Source: an uncultured virus (IMG/VR IMGVR_UViG_2061766007_001334) (Duplodnaviria > Heunggongvirae > Uroviricota > Caudoviricetes). Taken from it: a DNA stretch of 49,993 nt. The stretch is taken from IMG/VR virus record IMGVR_UViG_2061766007_001334; one strand, given 5' to 3'. Shown piece after piece: positions 34,475 to 43,904 of the stretch (positions are counted from its first letter, which is position 1; each line of letters begins with the position of its first letter). Both the position numbers and the translations under genes were made by a program. Under the pieces are notes generated by a model. The model was not told the origin of the DNA and searched no databases. It saw nothing but the letters and a program-made list of their open reading frames with translations.

Positions 34475-34906
34475 ATGCAAACAAGAGGCAACAAGGCGAA
34501 GAGGGACAAGGATTCCATTCTTGCAGATGTGAAGAATCTCCTGAAAATTCTTCATCCGGCGCTCCAGAATATGAACAAGATAGAGCGCTCGGAGGGTGCG
34601 CCGCATGAAATGAAAATGGCGTGTTATAACATGATTCGCTATTTCACGATTGCGAAGGCGAGCCCCGAAGTGAGAAAGGACTACATCGACAAGATGACCG
34701 GCGAATACGGAGCCCCTCTCGCCGCCTTCGAGTTGAGCATCTCTTTCGGGCTTCTTACGGATAGTTTGCAATTACGCATAGCGGAACAATTAGAACGGAT
34801 ACAGGAAGGCGTAGACAAGTGGCGCAACGCATCGCGCTCANNNNNNNNNNNNNNNNNNNNNNNNCGGTCACGGAATCCCCGCAGAGCTCGCTGCCAGTAT
34901 GAATAG
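34475..34906 (+). CDS. avd: DGR accessory variability determinant, Avd-like (3' end uncertain because of a gap)
   Basis: Basic helical protein of ~125-140 aa between VR and TR; ...LERIQEGVDKWRN C-terminal helix. Confidence 0.75.
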   Translation: MQTRGNKAKRDKDSILADVKNLLKILHPALQNMNKIERSEGAPHEMKMACYNMIRYFTIAKASPEVRKDYIDKMTGEYGAPLAAFELSISFGLLTDSLQLRIAEQLERIQEGVDKWRNASRSXXXXXXXXRSRNPRRARCQYE

Positions 34907-34957
34907 GTAAAAGGGGACGCTACTATCATTTATAGTATCAACAAAATGCGTTCAGAC

Positions 34958-35083
34958 ACTCCACGAACCGTTGGTTTGCCCAGAGGTACAACGTGAACAA
35001 CGCTTGGAATTTCAACGGCAACAACGGCAACCTCAACAACAACAACGTGAACAACGCGAATCAGGTGGGAGCCGTCACGATAT
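34958..35083 (+). ncRNA. DGR template repeat (TR)
   Basis: AAC-rich repeat directly upstream of the RT; homologous to both VR1 and VR2. Confidence 0.95.
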
Positions 35084-35106
35084 TACCGAAAACAGTATTT
35101 ACGCTT

Positions 35107-36369
35107 ATGACCGACGAAAGGTTCTTTTCGATTATGGTGCAGACCATGTTTAACGCTCGCAAAAACAAGCGTTACGGGCGCGATAGCGCAGATTTCGAGA
35201 GAAACTGGGCTCCGCGTCTTGTCCGCATGACGCACCAGCTACAAGAGAGAACCTTCCGCGTTGACCACAACTACGCCTTCCTTACTTCCATCCCCAAGTG
35301 GCGTGAGATTTTCGCCACGATCTTCGAGGGCCGCACGGCTGACCATCTGCTCTGCGACACCCTTGAAAAGTATGCCGCAACATGGCTCTCGCCCCGCACC
35401 TTCAACAACCGTAAGGGTATGGGTATGCAGGCGGCCATCAATCAAGTCCTCGAGGACATCTACGAAGCGACGCAGGGCTTTACCCAGCCATGCCGGATAA
35501 TCAAATGGGATTTGAGCGGATTCTTCCCGAATGCGCAGAACGACTACATAGAGCGCTGCTATCGCAATCTTATTGAGCACAACCGCGAAGCTATTGCGGC
35601 GGAATACGACGACGAAATGCCAAACTTCCTCCAATGGCTTGCGATGATCTGCGTACATGGCAACCCCGCGCAGCATTGCGAGCTTCGGACACCGAAGCGG
35701 CTATGGGGCGAGCACATCAAGCCGGACAAATCGCTCATCGGAAAGCCGCCGGGAATCGGTTGCCCGATCGGTCGTCAGGCAAGCCAGATCGGAATGGGCC
35801 TATATCTCAACGATGAAATCGTATGGCTCAACAAAGACTGCGGAATCCGCTCGACATTGTTTATGGATGACTGCGTGGAGGTAGTACCCGAATGGCAGCA
35901 CCAGTACGCGTTATCCCTGTTCCCCGAACTGCGGCGCAGGCTCGCGGCAAAGGGTATCAGGCTGAACGAACACAAGTTCTATGACCAGCCCTATTATCGC
36001 GGCTTCGAGTTTCTCGGAAGCCATATCAAGCTGAATAGGGTGCATCTCAACAACAAGACTTACGGAAGGGCGAGAATGCGCATCGGCGAACTTAACGCCC
36101 TGCCGAACAAATTAGCCTACATCGACCATTTCGTGCAGACAATGAACAGTTACATCGGTCTGCTCAAGAACAGAACGGACTACAAGCGGATGCTTGCGCT
36201 CGTCGATATGGCCGATGCCGGGTGGTGGACGATGTGCGAATGGAACGACGAAAAGAAATGCGTCGCATACCGTCCCGGATACAAACCAAATGAAAGACTC
36301 GTAACCAAATATCATCTAAAACTCAAACGAAATGACAAAAGCAGAAATTCAAGAGCTCAAAAACATTGA
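35107..36369 (+). CDS. DGR reverse transcriptase
   Basis: Motifs KWREIFA, NRKGMG, IIKWDLSGFFPN, GCPIGRQASQ (DGR-type PIG...SQ), LFMDD, GFEFLG. Confidence 0.95.
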   Translation: MTDERFFSIMVQTMFNARKNKRYGRDSADFERNWAPRLVRMTHQLQERTFRVDHNYAFLTSIPKWREIFATIFEGRTADHLLCDTLEKYAATWLSPRTFNNRKGMGMQAAINQVLEDIYEATQGFTQPCRIIKWDLSGFFPNAQNDYIERCYRNLIEHNREAIAAEYDDEMPNFLQWLAMICVHGNPAQHCELRTPKRLWGEHIKPDKSLIGKPPGIGCPIGRQASQIGMGLYLNDEIVWLNKDCGIRSTLFMDDCVEVVPEWQHQYALSLFPELRRRLAAKGIRLNEHKFYDQPYYRGFEFLGSHIKLNRVHLNNKTYGRARMRIGELNALPNKLAYIDHFVQTMNSYIGLLKNRTDYKRMLALVDMADAGWWTMCEWNDEKKCVAYRPGYKPNERLVTKYHLKLKRNDKSRNSRAQKH

Positions 36370-36634
36370 GCAGGCCAAGATTCTTGAGGCACAGGCTGAC
36401 CTCGTTGGGGCCGACTACAAAGACCACAAGATGTGCGAGGCGGCCATCCGCTTCCTCTGCGACAAGTATCCCACTATGGCCGCAGCACTTCCTTATCCGC
36501 TGACCGTCTTCGACGAGCGTGACGATCTCCGTGCGCAGATCAACGCCGCACAGGAACGTATCGCCGAACTCGATGCCATCGTCCCGGAGGACGAGGACGA
36601 TCCGAATGGCGATCCCGTGGAAAACGAAAATTAA
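36332..36634 (+). CDS. small helical protein, tail fibre chaperone-like
   Basis: ADYKDHKMCEA...ERDDLRAQINAAQERIAEL; overlaps the RT 3' end by 38 nt. Confidence 0.55.
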   Translation: MTKAEIQELKNIEQAKILEAQADLVGADYKDHKMCEAAIRFLCDKYPTMAAALPYPLTVFDERDDLRAQINAAQERIAELDAIVPEDEDDPNGDPVENEN

Positions 36635-36734
36635 CCACCATCGGGCGGGAGTAGGCGGCAGCGTGTCANNNNNNNNNNNNNNNNNNNNNNNNNNNNNNNN
36701 NGACGAAACCGCCCGATATTAAAACCACATCACA

Positions 36735-37289
36735 ATGGAAAAATTCTCCCTCATCTGCACGATTGCAAGCCTCGTGATATTCGTGGGGTTCTTGGCAATC
36801 TCCATCCGCAAGTTCAAGTTCCAGCCGTCGTATTCGGATTTCAGCCCGCTTTGGGACAAGGCGGTTCCGATCCACAATATGCACCTCTGGAGCATCATCA
36901 CATTTTTCTTCGGCGCGTTGCTGATCCCGGCCCTTTGCGAACTCGGCCAGAGCAACCCGTGGCAATTCTTGGGATTCTTCGCGCCGATATACCTGATTAT
37001 CGTGGCCATCTTTCCTTTGGAGGAAATAACCGACAAGGATAGCGAAGAAGACAAGAAACGCAAGGAGCGCAACCGCAAGATACACACCTTCGCCGCCGCA
37101 GCCTGCGCCGTGATAGCGACACTCTGGGTTATCCTTGTCTGCAAGATTTACTGGCTGCTCCCGGTGTCGCTGCTTATTGCTTGGTGCATGGCTTATGCCA
37201 CCGCCACGGTTAAGTCCAGCTATATCTTCTGGTTTGAAATGGCCGCTTTCGGGGCCATCTACGCCTCGATATTCCTGATAGGAGGTTAA
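36735..37289 (+). CDS. multi-pass membrane protein
   Basis: About six hydrophobic segments; start of the lysis cluster. Confidence 0.75.
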   Translation: MEKFSLICTIASLVIFVGFLAISIRKFKFQPSYSDFSPLWDKAVPIHNMHLWSIITFFFGALLIPALCELGQSNPWQFLGFFAPIYLIIVAIFPLEEITDKDSEEDKKRKERNRKIHTFAAAACAVIATLWVILVCKIYWLLPVSLLIAWCMAYATATVKSSYIFWFEMAAFGAIYASIFLIGG

Positions 37290-37292
37290 GCT

Positions 37293-37613
37293 ATGGGACT
37301 CAAGAAATTCGCCTGCAACGTGCGCACGAGCACCACGATTGCCCTTATGTCCTGCATTATGGCCGCAGTAGGGCTATCCATTGCCTCGTTCATCGTTCCG
37401 CCGACGGGTGTCATCGACCCCAGCGTACTGAAATTCGCATCGTGGCTCTTCGCCTTTGCGTCACTCGCCGTAACACGCGAGGCCATCCGCGAGGGTCTGG
37501 GCGCGAAGTTTACGCACGGCAATACGACCATCGAGATCAAGGATCAGGATGGCGATGACGGGGAACCAGAATTTACAGAACCACATAGAAGAAATCACGA
37601 TGGCAAGTTTTGA
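37293..37613 (+). CDS. holin candidate
   Basis: Two transmembrane segments and a charged tail; overlaps the endolysin start. Confidence 0.6.
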   Translation: MGLKKFACNVRTSTTIALMSCIMAAVGLSIASFIVPPTGVIDPSVLKFASWLFAFASLAVTREAIREGLGAKFTHGNTTIEIKDQDGDDGEPEFTEPHRRNHDGKF

Positions 37614-38109
37614 CAAATACGCCCCGAAGCTGCGTAAGTGGGAGGGCAACAAATTCGTTAACGACCCCGACGATTACGGCGGGGCAACCAACAAGGGTGT
37701 TACCCTTGACACCTTCCGCATGGTCTACGGGGCGGACAAAACCGTAGACGACCTTCGGAACATGACCGAAGAGCAATGGCGCGGAGTAATGAAGGGTTAC
37801 TTTTGGGATAAGTGCAAGGGGGATATGATCAACAACCAGTCCGTAGCGGAGATATTCGTGGACTGGTGCATCAATGCCGGAATCGACAAGATCAAGAGGG
37901 TGCAGGCGATGGTAGGTACGAAGGCCGACGGAGTTGTTGGCCCGAAGACCGTCTTTGCCATCAATTCCGCAACGCAGGAGTCCCTTCATGGAAAGATAAA
38001 GCTCGCCCGGGCCAAGAGGTATGTCACGCAGATTGAGAACAAAGCCTCGCAGATGAAATACTTTAACGGGTGGTTCAATCGAATCATCGACTTCAACTAC
38101 GAAAAATGA
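37600..38109 (+). CDS. endolysin, glycoside hydrolase family 108 with peptidoglycan-binding domain
   Basis: WEG..VNDPDDYGGATNKGVT, ADGVVGPKT, GWFNRI. Confidence 0.9.
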   Translation: MASFDKYAPKLRKWEGNKFVNDPDDYGGATNKGVTLDTFRMVYGADKTVDDLRNMTEEQWRGVMKGYFWDKCKGDMINNQSVAEIFVDWCINAGIDKIKRVQAMVGTKADGVVGPKTVFAINSATQESLHGKIKLARAKRYVTQIENKASQMKYFNGWFNRIIDFNYEK

Positions 38110-38633
38110 GCAAGTATTCCATCTGTGTCGTCGTAATCCTCCTGCTCGGTGCGGTCGCGGCCTTCTTTGTTGGCGACCATCGGGGGCGCGTACACGCCCT
38201 TGATGGCTACGAACCGAAGACAGATACGATCGTAAAAACCGCGACGGTCTATAAAGACTTCCCAGATGTGACAAAAACAGCCCAAATCGGCGTTATCGCC
38301 GTGCCGAGGTACAAGTTTATTGCCGACACGATCACGGCGACAGAAACGGCCTATCTGCACGATACGACCTATGTCTATCTTCCCCGCGAACAGAAGTATT
38401 ACGAGGAAGATTCCGCAAGGGTACGCATCTGGGTTTCCGGGTACGAGCCGCGCCTCGACCGCTACGAGGTTGACTACAAGACGGTGTATGTAACGCAGAC
38501 GCTCACAAAGAAGCCTCCGCGATGGGGGTTGGGTATTTCCGCAGGGTTCGGCGCGACCATATCGAAAGAGCGCGTCGTCAGCCTTGCGCCGTACATCGGA
38601 ATCGGCTTGCAGTACAACTTGGTAAGCTGGTAA
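38106..38633 (+). CDS. membrane-anchored lysis-cluster protein (spanin-like candidate)
   Basis: N-terminal transmembrane segment; C-terminal RWGLGISAGFG...PYIGIGLQYN. Confidence 0.55.
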   Translation: MSKYSICVVVILLLGAVAAFFVGDHRGRVHALDGYEPKTDTIVKTATVYKDFPDVTKTAQIGVIAVPRYKFIADTITATETAYLHDTTYVYLPREQKYYEEDSARVRIWVSGYEPRLDRYEVDYKTVYVTQTLTKKPPRWGLGISAGFGATISKERVVSLAPYIGIGLQYNLVSW

Positions 38634-38636
38634 AAC

Positions 38637-38670
38637 AAAAAAGGGGAGCAACCTTTCGGTCACTCCCCTT
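38637..38670. terminator. terminator hairpin between convergent operons
   Basis: AAGGGGAG...CTCCCCTT stem with an A-run on its left (U-tract for minus-strand RNA). Confidence 0.65.
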
Positions 38671-38737
38671 CGTCATCTTGCGCTCGGTGGTATTATCCAG
38701 AATATGCCGTCCTTCGGTTCTGTCCCGATCTGGACGG

Positions 38738-39052
38738 TCACTCCGAATTGTTTTCCGTAAAGCGGCACAACCCTCCGTGTGAGGCCGACCGCCGTNNNNN
38801 NNNNNNNNNNNNNNNNNNCAACCGCAGCTTGAATCCGTCGTCGTTCTCGGTCTTGATTATCCCGTACTTTGTCTTGTCTACCTTATCCTGCACCACATAG
38901 ATACGCTCGTGCTCGTGAATGTCAAGCAGCAGGCAGGCCCTGCGCGAGAAATAGACCACACCGTTTCGCGTGTCAAACCGCATTGTGGGTGCGCCCCTCT
39001 CCGGCAACTTTGCCGGGTAGGTGTTCCTGTTGATGATCGTGTACTCAGCCAT
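38738..39052 (-). CDS. hypothetical protein (gapped; end uncertain)
   Basis: MAEYTIINRNTYP...GVVYFSRRAC. Confidence 0.6.
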   Translation of the reverse strand: MAEYTIINRNTYPAKLPERGAPTMRFDTRNGVVYFSRRACLLLDIHEHERIYVVQDKVDKTKYGIIKTENDDGFKLRLXXXXXXXXRRSASHGGLCRFTENNSE

Positions 39053-39377
39053 TGGAATCAACGAAATCGTAAATCATCTTTTCCAGACGCTCATAGCCCT
39101 CAAAATAGACATCTATCGCGTCCTGCGACATCCGGCCAAAGAAGGAATCATTCTTGATGTTACGGGCGCACAACTCCTGAATCTGCTTCATGTTGTGCTT
39201 GATCTCGTATTTCCATCGCCCCCGCTCCTCGAGTAGCCGCCTGATGTCATCCATCAGGTTATTCTGGACGCAGGCGAGCATCTGTACGCCGATAATTTTC
39301 TTCCTGATTTTCTCCACGACCTCCGGCTCGTGGTTCTGGAGTTCCGATTTCAGCGTAACGCTAACTTCTTTAGCCAT
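39045..39377 (-). CDS. hypothetical protein
   Basis: 110-aa ORF in a packed operon. Confidence 0.7.
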   Translation of the reverse strand: MAKEVSVTLKSELQNHEPEVVEKIRKKIIGVQMLACVQNNLMDDIRRLLEERGRWKYEIKHNMKQIQELCARNIKNDSFFGRMSQDAIDVYFEGYERLEKMIYDFVDSNG

Positions 39378-39835
39378 TGGTCTTCTTATACGGAATCACA
39401 TTGACTTCAATGGAGTACACCTTCCGGCCATCCTCTTTCTCCGTCATTCGGATGCGGTTGCTAAAGAACTTCATCGTGGCGTAACCCAGTTTGGATGCGA
39501 GGGACTTGTAAATCGCCCTGTCGTCGACCTTCGCCCCGGCCTCAACGANNNNNNNNNNTGAGGGACTTGTAAATCGCCCTGTCGTCGACCTTCGCCCCGG
39601 CCTCAACGACATAGTTACCCCAGACTTTCTGGCAGGCGGCGAAATCGACCATCGTAGTCCGAAGCTGGCGCTCCCAAAGGTCGAGTTCGCGTTCTTTCTT
39701 CATAAGGCCGTTGTAGACCGTATCAAGGTCTTTCTTTCGGAGTTCGGCCTCTTTGGTCAGGCTTCTACCCTTGCAGTAGAAGAAAATGGCCACGGCGAGA
39801 ACCAGCGCCGCAACCACAATGATAAAAGTGTTCAT
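39370..39835 (-). CDS. membrane-anchored hypothetical protein (one gene once a 50-nt scaffold overlap is collapsed)
   Basis: N-terminal transmembrane segment; both halves share VEAGAKVDDRAIYKSL. Confidence 0.65.
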
Positions 39836-40017
39836 TCTGTTATGATGTTAATTGTTGTTACTTCGTCCCTTCCGAAACCAATAGGCCGCTTGCGCTCGAT
39901 TTCTATGCTCGTTACGCGAAGCCCGGTCGTGTGCTCGAACCAGTAAATCCCGTCAAGAACATAGTCTTGAAGCTGAACCTTCGGCGGTCGCGGATCGGTC
40001 TTTCTTTTCTTGCTCAT
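39832..40017 (-). CDS. hypothetical protein
   Basis: MSKKRKTDPRPPKVQLQDY...; ATGA overlap with the next gene. Confidence 0.55.
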   Translation of the reverse strand: MSKKRKTDPRPPKVQLQDYVLDGIYWFEHTTGLRVTSIEIERKRPIGFGRDEVTTINIITE

Positions 40018-40171
40018 ATTTTTTCGTAAGGATGCGGATACCGCCNNNNNNNNNNCACCATCCAAGTCGCACCATCCCATAACGCCCGGACGCAAATGGA
40101 GGGTTTGCGGTCAAGGATGGCCCACACGGGGCGGCCCACATCCGGCTTGTAGCGTTCTGCGCTATTCCACA

Positions 40172-40731
40172 TTACTTCGTCCAGATGGTTTTTATCCTTC
40201 GGAAATCCTCTCCATCCGGCACGGGACAGTCCTTAATCCACTTTATCTTCTTTACCTTCCACCTCGGGTAGTTTTCCTCGATGGTTCCGCGAAAGGCGCT
40301 GATCTTTCGGAATAGCGGACGCACACTTTGGAAGATGTTGAGGCGGAGCGAAATCTTGTCGTTCTTAATGAAACTGACTGCGCTGTTCAGTTTGATAAAA
40401 TCCCATACACCACGCTCGTCGTGCGGGGTAAAGCAAATGCCGTCCAGATCACGGAAAATGTCAATCGCAACCGGGGTCGGCAAGGACGGGAATTGTGCCG
40501 TGTACAGGTAGATAATCGTGTGCTTCCCGGTGTATTCGTCGCTCTTTCGGATGCTTTGGATCAGCTTGTATGTCCGCATCGGGAAGAGCATCGGCTCGCC
40601 GCCCGTGATGTCGATTTCGTCATAAGCACCCANNNNNNNNNNNNNNNNNNNNNNNNNNNNCGGTTGTTGCAACAGAGCGGGCAATGCCGGTCGCACTCAG
40701 CCGTTACAAGGAGTCGCAGCTTTTTATTCAT
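40172..40731 (-). CDS. radical SAM domain protein (gapped)
   Basis: MNKKLRLLVTAECDRHCPLCCNN (CxxxCxxC), then after the gap EIDITGGEPML. Confidence 0.8.
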
Positions 40732-41020
40732 CTTCCAGAATCTTTTTCATTTGCTTCGGCTCCCGAATCTCGGGATGCGCCTCGAGCGTTGCAATGAACT
40801 TGTCGCGGCCAACCTTGCGGTAAATCGGCTGGAAATCCCTTCGGATAAGGTCTGCCGGTTCGCNNNNNNNNNNNNNNNNNNNNNNNNNNNNNNNNNNNNN
40901 NNNNNNNNNNNNNNNNNNNNNNNNNNNNNNNNNNNNNNNNNNNNNNNNNNNNNNNNNNNNNNNNNNNNNNNNNNNNNNNNNNNNNNNNNNNNNNNNNNNN
41001 NNAAAATCGGTGTCATAGAT

Positions 41021-41248
41021 TTATTTGTCATACGGTTCTTTTGGAAAGTGATCATGCCATTTGCCGAAGCCGGTGGGCGTACCGTCCTTATATCGTTTCG
41101 GTGCGCAATCGGAGCACAGATGCTTTCCTTTATACTCCTCGCCAACTTCCGACCAATCGGCATCTTCGGCATTGAGGGTGGCGCACCAATACCAGCCAAG
41201 AGCGGTGTTTTCGGCGCACCCGCATTTCTCGCATTTGAATATCGACAT
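41021..41248 (-). CDS. small Cys-rich hypothetical protein
   Basis: FKCEKCGCAENTA...LCSDC...GKWHDHFPK. Confidence 0.7.
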   Translation of the reverse strand: MSIFKCEKCGCAENTALGWYWCATLNAEDADWSEVGEEYKGKHLCSDCAPKRYKDGTPTGFGKWHDHFPKEPYDK

Positions 41249-41250
41249 AG

Positions 41251-41820
41251 TTAAGCCCCGTTGCGAAGTTTCTCAATCAGCGCATCTGCGTATGAGATCG
41301 CGTTGCCAACGACGACATCTTTGAAGTAGGCCACCTGAAAGCGCGAATAATCGCTATGGGCCTCAAAGTGATTCATCCACGTAGGGTTCGCAAGGATAGC
41401 TGTGGCGAAATCCTTTGCGGCATTTCTGCGAAACTCCTCCCACTCGTCGGTATCTCCACTATCCAAACTGCGGCCATCAAAGATATTACCATCTATGAAC
41501 AGCTTGTCGTAGCCATCAATGTCGCAAGTATCGCTGGCGCTGGTAATCCCTTTGTAATAGCCGCTCAGTTCCCTCCTGTCGCAGTCGATCACATAAAAAT
41601 ACTCGTGATCCCAAGATGGGCCGTGGTCTATAAACTCAAAGTCATCATCACGGCTATTGATAAACTTTCCAAGCTGTTCGGGATTCCACTCGCCACTATA
41701 CTCTTTTAGCAAGGAAACCAAATCTTCGCCAACCCCACTTGGGTATCCATCGCAATGATGATGAAAATGAACCGGCTCGGAGCCTTTCTTTACGATTCTT
41801 ACATAAGCCCTTGTGCTCAT
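41251..41820 (-). CDS. hypothetical phage protein with HxDGYP motif
   Basis: HFHHHCDGYPSGVG...HEYFYVID; C-terminal AISYADALIEKL module. Confidence 0.75.
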   Translation of the reverse strand: MSTRAYVRIVKKGSEPVHFHHHCDGYPSGVGEDLVSLLKEYSGEWNPEQLGKFINSRDDDFEFIDHGPSWDHEYFYVIDCDRRELSGYYKGITSASDTCDIDGYDKLFIDGNIFDGRSLDSGDTDEWEEFRRNAAKDFATAILANPTWMNHFEAHSDYSRFQVAYFKDVVVGNAISYADALIEKLRNGA

Positions 41821-41823
41821 ATT

Positions 41824-42117
41824 CTAAAACAATTTTGGTAGGTTTCTTACACTCGGCTTGCGCCGATTCCTGCGTTTTCGCTCGGTCTTGCGGTACGGGC
41901 AATTCCATTGCTGGCAAGCGTCATACGACCGCTGCGAGATTGGCTCTCTGCTTCCCATTCGGATAAAGATGTCGCGCTGAACAGCACACCGAACCGGGGT
42001 GTATCTGTCCTCCTTCTCGATATACCGTGATGCCTTCACACATCGGTCGCAGTTGTTAGACTCCCAATTCATAAAATCTGTCCCATTGGAAAATGGATCT
42101 TGGCTAATCTTTTTCAT
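41824..42117 (-). CDS. Cys-containing hypothetical protein
   Basis: FSNGTDFMNWESNNCDRC. Confidence 0.7.
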   Translation of the reverse strand: MKKISQDPFSNGTDFMNWESNNCDRCVKASRYIEKEDRYTPVRCAVQRDIFIRMGSREPISQRSYDACQQWNCPYRKTERKRRNRRKPSVRNLPKLF

Positions 42118-42257
42118 AGCGACCGTATTTTATTGAGCAAATCTTGGGGGCCAATATCGGCGCGGATCGGATGCTCCACTAAATCCTTGCGGATGTACTC
42201 TGCGTGTTCCACGGTATAACCGCGCATTGATAAGCGAAATTGCAGCGTAAATAGGTA

Positions 42258-42719
42258 TCATGTCGTTTCTTCTTTCAGCAAGATCAGCTTTACTTTATCG
42301 CCTTTATTCAACCCTAATTTGTTCATCTCGCTCGGCAAATACCAATAATCAACCGAAGCTGGGTTATGTAATATTATCTCGTTTAAGCAGGGGACTTGTG
42401 ATACTACTGCACTTATCGCCCCTTTCATCATCTGCCGCTTCTCCCATTCAATGCCGTATCTAATAGCGTCAATGAATGTCGGCAGGCAATGGTGCTCTTG
42501 AATATGTTTCGCCGCAAAGTCGGATTCAAGTTTGTAGTCCTCCGGGGACATCGCATCACAGGCAGCGAGTCGCTCTTTCTCAAATTGCTTTTTCTGCCAC
42601 TCGGCAAAGTGTTTCGCAATTCGAGATAGCTTGGCGAAAGATACCTCTGGATACCGCTTACTTACAGAATCAATCTCTCTTGCTAATTCATCCTCTATTT
42701 CTTCCTGTGTCATGGTCAT
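42258..42719 (-). CDS. hypothetical protein
   Basis: 153 aa; IAKHFAEWQK and GDKVKLI motifs. Confidence 0.7.
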   Translation of the reverse strand: MTMTQEEIEDELAREIDSVSKRYPEVSFAKLSRIAKHFAEWQKKQFEKERLAACDAMSPEDYKLESDFAAKHIQEHHCLPTFIDAIRYGIEWEKRQMMKGAISAVVSQVPCLNEIILHNPASVDYWYLPSEMNKLGLNKGDKVKLILLKEETT

Positions 42720-42952
42720 AGTGCGTCAAGTTCTCTTTGGAGTTTATGGGTTTCCCGCTCGAGGGCACCGAGCATTTTATTCCAGATGTCCCTCGGGATA
42801 CACCCATGATGATCCGGGCCGGCATTGGAATTACCGCACGTAACATCGACTGCGCACCAATAATAGGTGTCTTGCTGGCTCTTCAACAAAGCGTTGCAGT
42901 CGTCGATTCTTTCCTGTAAGGCATTGGCCTTCTTTAGTGTTTCTGCTTTCAT
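42716..42952 (-). CDS. hypothetical protein
   Basis: 78 aa, translationally coupled. Confidence 0.65.
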   Translation of the reverse strand: MKAETLKKANALQERIDDCNALLKSQQDTYYWCAVDVTCGNSNAGPDHHGCIPRDIWNKMLGALERETHKLQRELDAL

Positions 42953-43110
42953 ACTATTTCCTCCTTTTGTTCCGATTTTTTATCCATTTTCTTTTTCCAT
43001 CTACGGAACGATAAATTCTCAATCCACTCGCTAATCAGATACCAGCCACCGCAGATAAACCCGCATATCAAAGCACCGACAATGCCTTCAATAATATACC
43101 CCAATGTCAT
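42949..43110 (-). CDS. small membrane protein
   Basis: MTLGYIIEGIVGALICGFICGGWYLISEW...KEEIV*. Confidence 0.6.
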   Translation of the reverse strand: MTLGYIIEGIVGALICGFICGGWYLISEWIENLSFRRWKKKMDKKSEQKEEIV

Positions 43111-43112
43111 AT

Positions 43113-43414
43113 CTATTCCTCCTTTCTTGCGTCAAGAATTTCTTCAGCAAGATTTATCATTTTATTGAGNNNNNNNNNNNNNNNNNNNNNNNNNAATCAA
43201 GAAAATCCTCTTTGTAAACCTTGTAAGTATTATCTTTATTCCTTTCGTGCCATTTTTCATAGTCTTTTTGATGTCCTCCGTCACATAGATGCTTATACCC
43301 TATATGTTCGTTCATAACGGCATACACAGTTCCGTTTTCATCCCTAAATTCACGTTTTTCATAGATGTCTTTTACGATACCGTGTTTACACCCTGTCATA
43401 CAATTCCCTTTCAT
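43113..43414 (-). CDS. AT-rich hypothetical protein (gapped)
   Basis: MKGNCMTGCKHG...; after the gap a frame ends EEILDARKEE*. Confidence 0.55.
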
Positions 43415-43417
43415 ATC

Positions 43418-43684
43418 TTATTCCTCCTTTCTTGCGTTTAGTTCGTTGTCAATATACCTTTTGGCATACAAACGAATATCTTGTTTCCAATTCCACCTAC
43501 GCATCTTTACAAGTTTTCCATCTTTGTAGAAGAAATAGGTTAGTCCTTTTGTCAGCCCAGACAACATAATGACATCATAGCCGCCATAAGACATTGTTTG
43601 CAGGTGCTGGGAACCATGTGATTGCTTCAAGTATGCAAGTTTCTCGTCATAAGAATATCTTGCGTTTCGTTCAAATTCAGTCAT
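43418..43684 (-). CDS. AT-rich hypothetical protein
   Basis: MTEFERNARYSY...NARKEE*. Confidence 0.6.
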   Translation of the reverse strand: MTEFERNARYSYDEKLAYLKQSHGSQHLQTMSYGGYDVIMLSGLTKGLTYFFYKDGKLVKMRRWNWKQDIRLYAKRYIDNELNARKEE

Positions 43685-43712
43685 TACTTTCTTGCGCGTG
43701 ATGATCACATCG

Positions 43713-43904
43713 CTATCGGACACTCGACTTCCAGACATAGAACGAAGGGAATTTGGTTGCGTCGGAATACTCGACCTTGAGGTTATTCGTAAGTGTCGTT
43801 ACCGATCCGGGCGTGGCCCCGTGGGCGAGAGAGGCGTGGATGGCCGCAATCGCATCAAGCGGGGTCACATCGTCCGAATGGGTTACTGTAATTCGTTTGC
43901 TCAT
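43713..43904 (-). CDS. hypothetical protein
   Basis: 63 aa; ATGA overlap with the stop of target 2. Confidence 0.55.
   Translation of the reverse strand: MSKRITVTHSDDVTPLDAIAAIHASLAHGATPGSVTTLTNNLKVEYSDATKFPSFYVWKSSVR

Larger units (their letters stand above)
33125..36369 (+). mobile_element. diversity-generating retroelement (target/VR-avd-TR-RT)
   Basis: Same gene order as the Bordetella BPP-1 DGR; adenine-specific TR/VR differences. Confidence 0.95.

Noticed and set aside
35010..35060. AAC repeats as a microsatellite or CRISPR-like array
   Set aside because: Explained by DGR template composition; no repeat-spacer array or cas gene was seen in the window.
34993..35106. Asn-rich N-terminal extension of the RT ORF
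   Set aside because: This is the TR read in frame; the RT more plausibly starts at ATG 35107.
36640..36717. 9-bp inverted repeat next to GACGAAAC, hammerhead-like
   Set aside because: No NUH cleavage triplet at the required position, and the core lies in an N gap, so it cannot be supported.
39499..39609. 50-nt direct repeat
   Set aside because: The copies flank a 10-N gap; this is an unmerged contig overlap, and collapsing it restores one gene.
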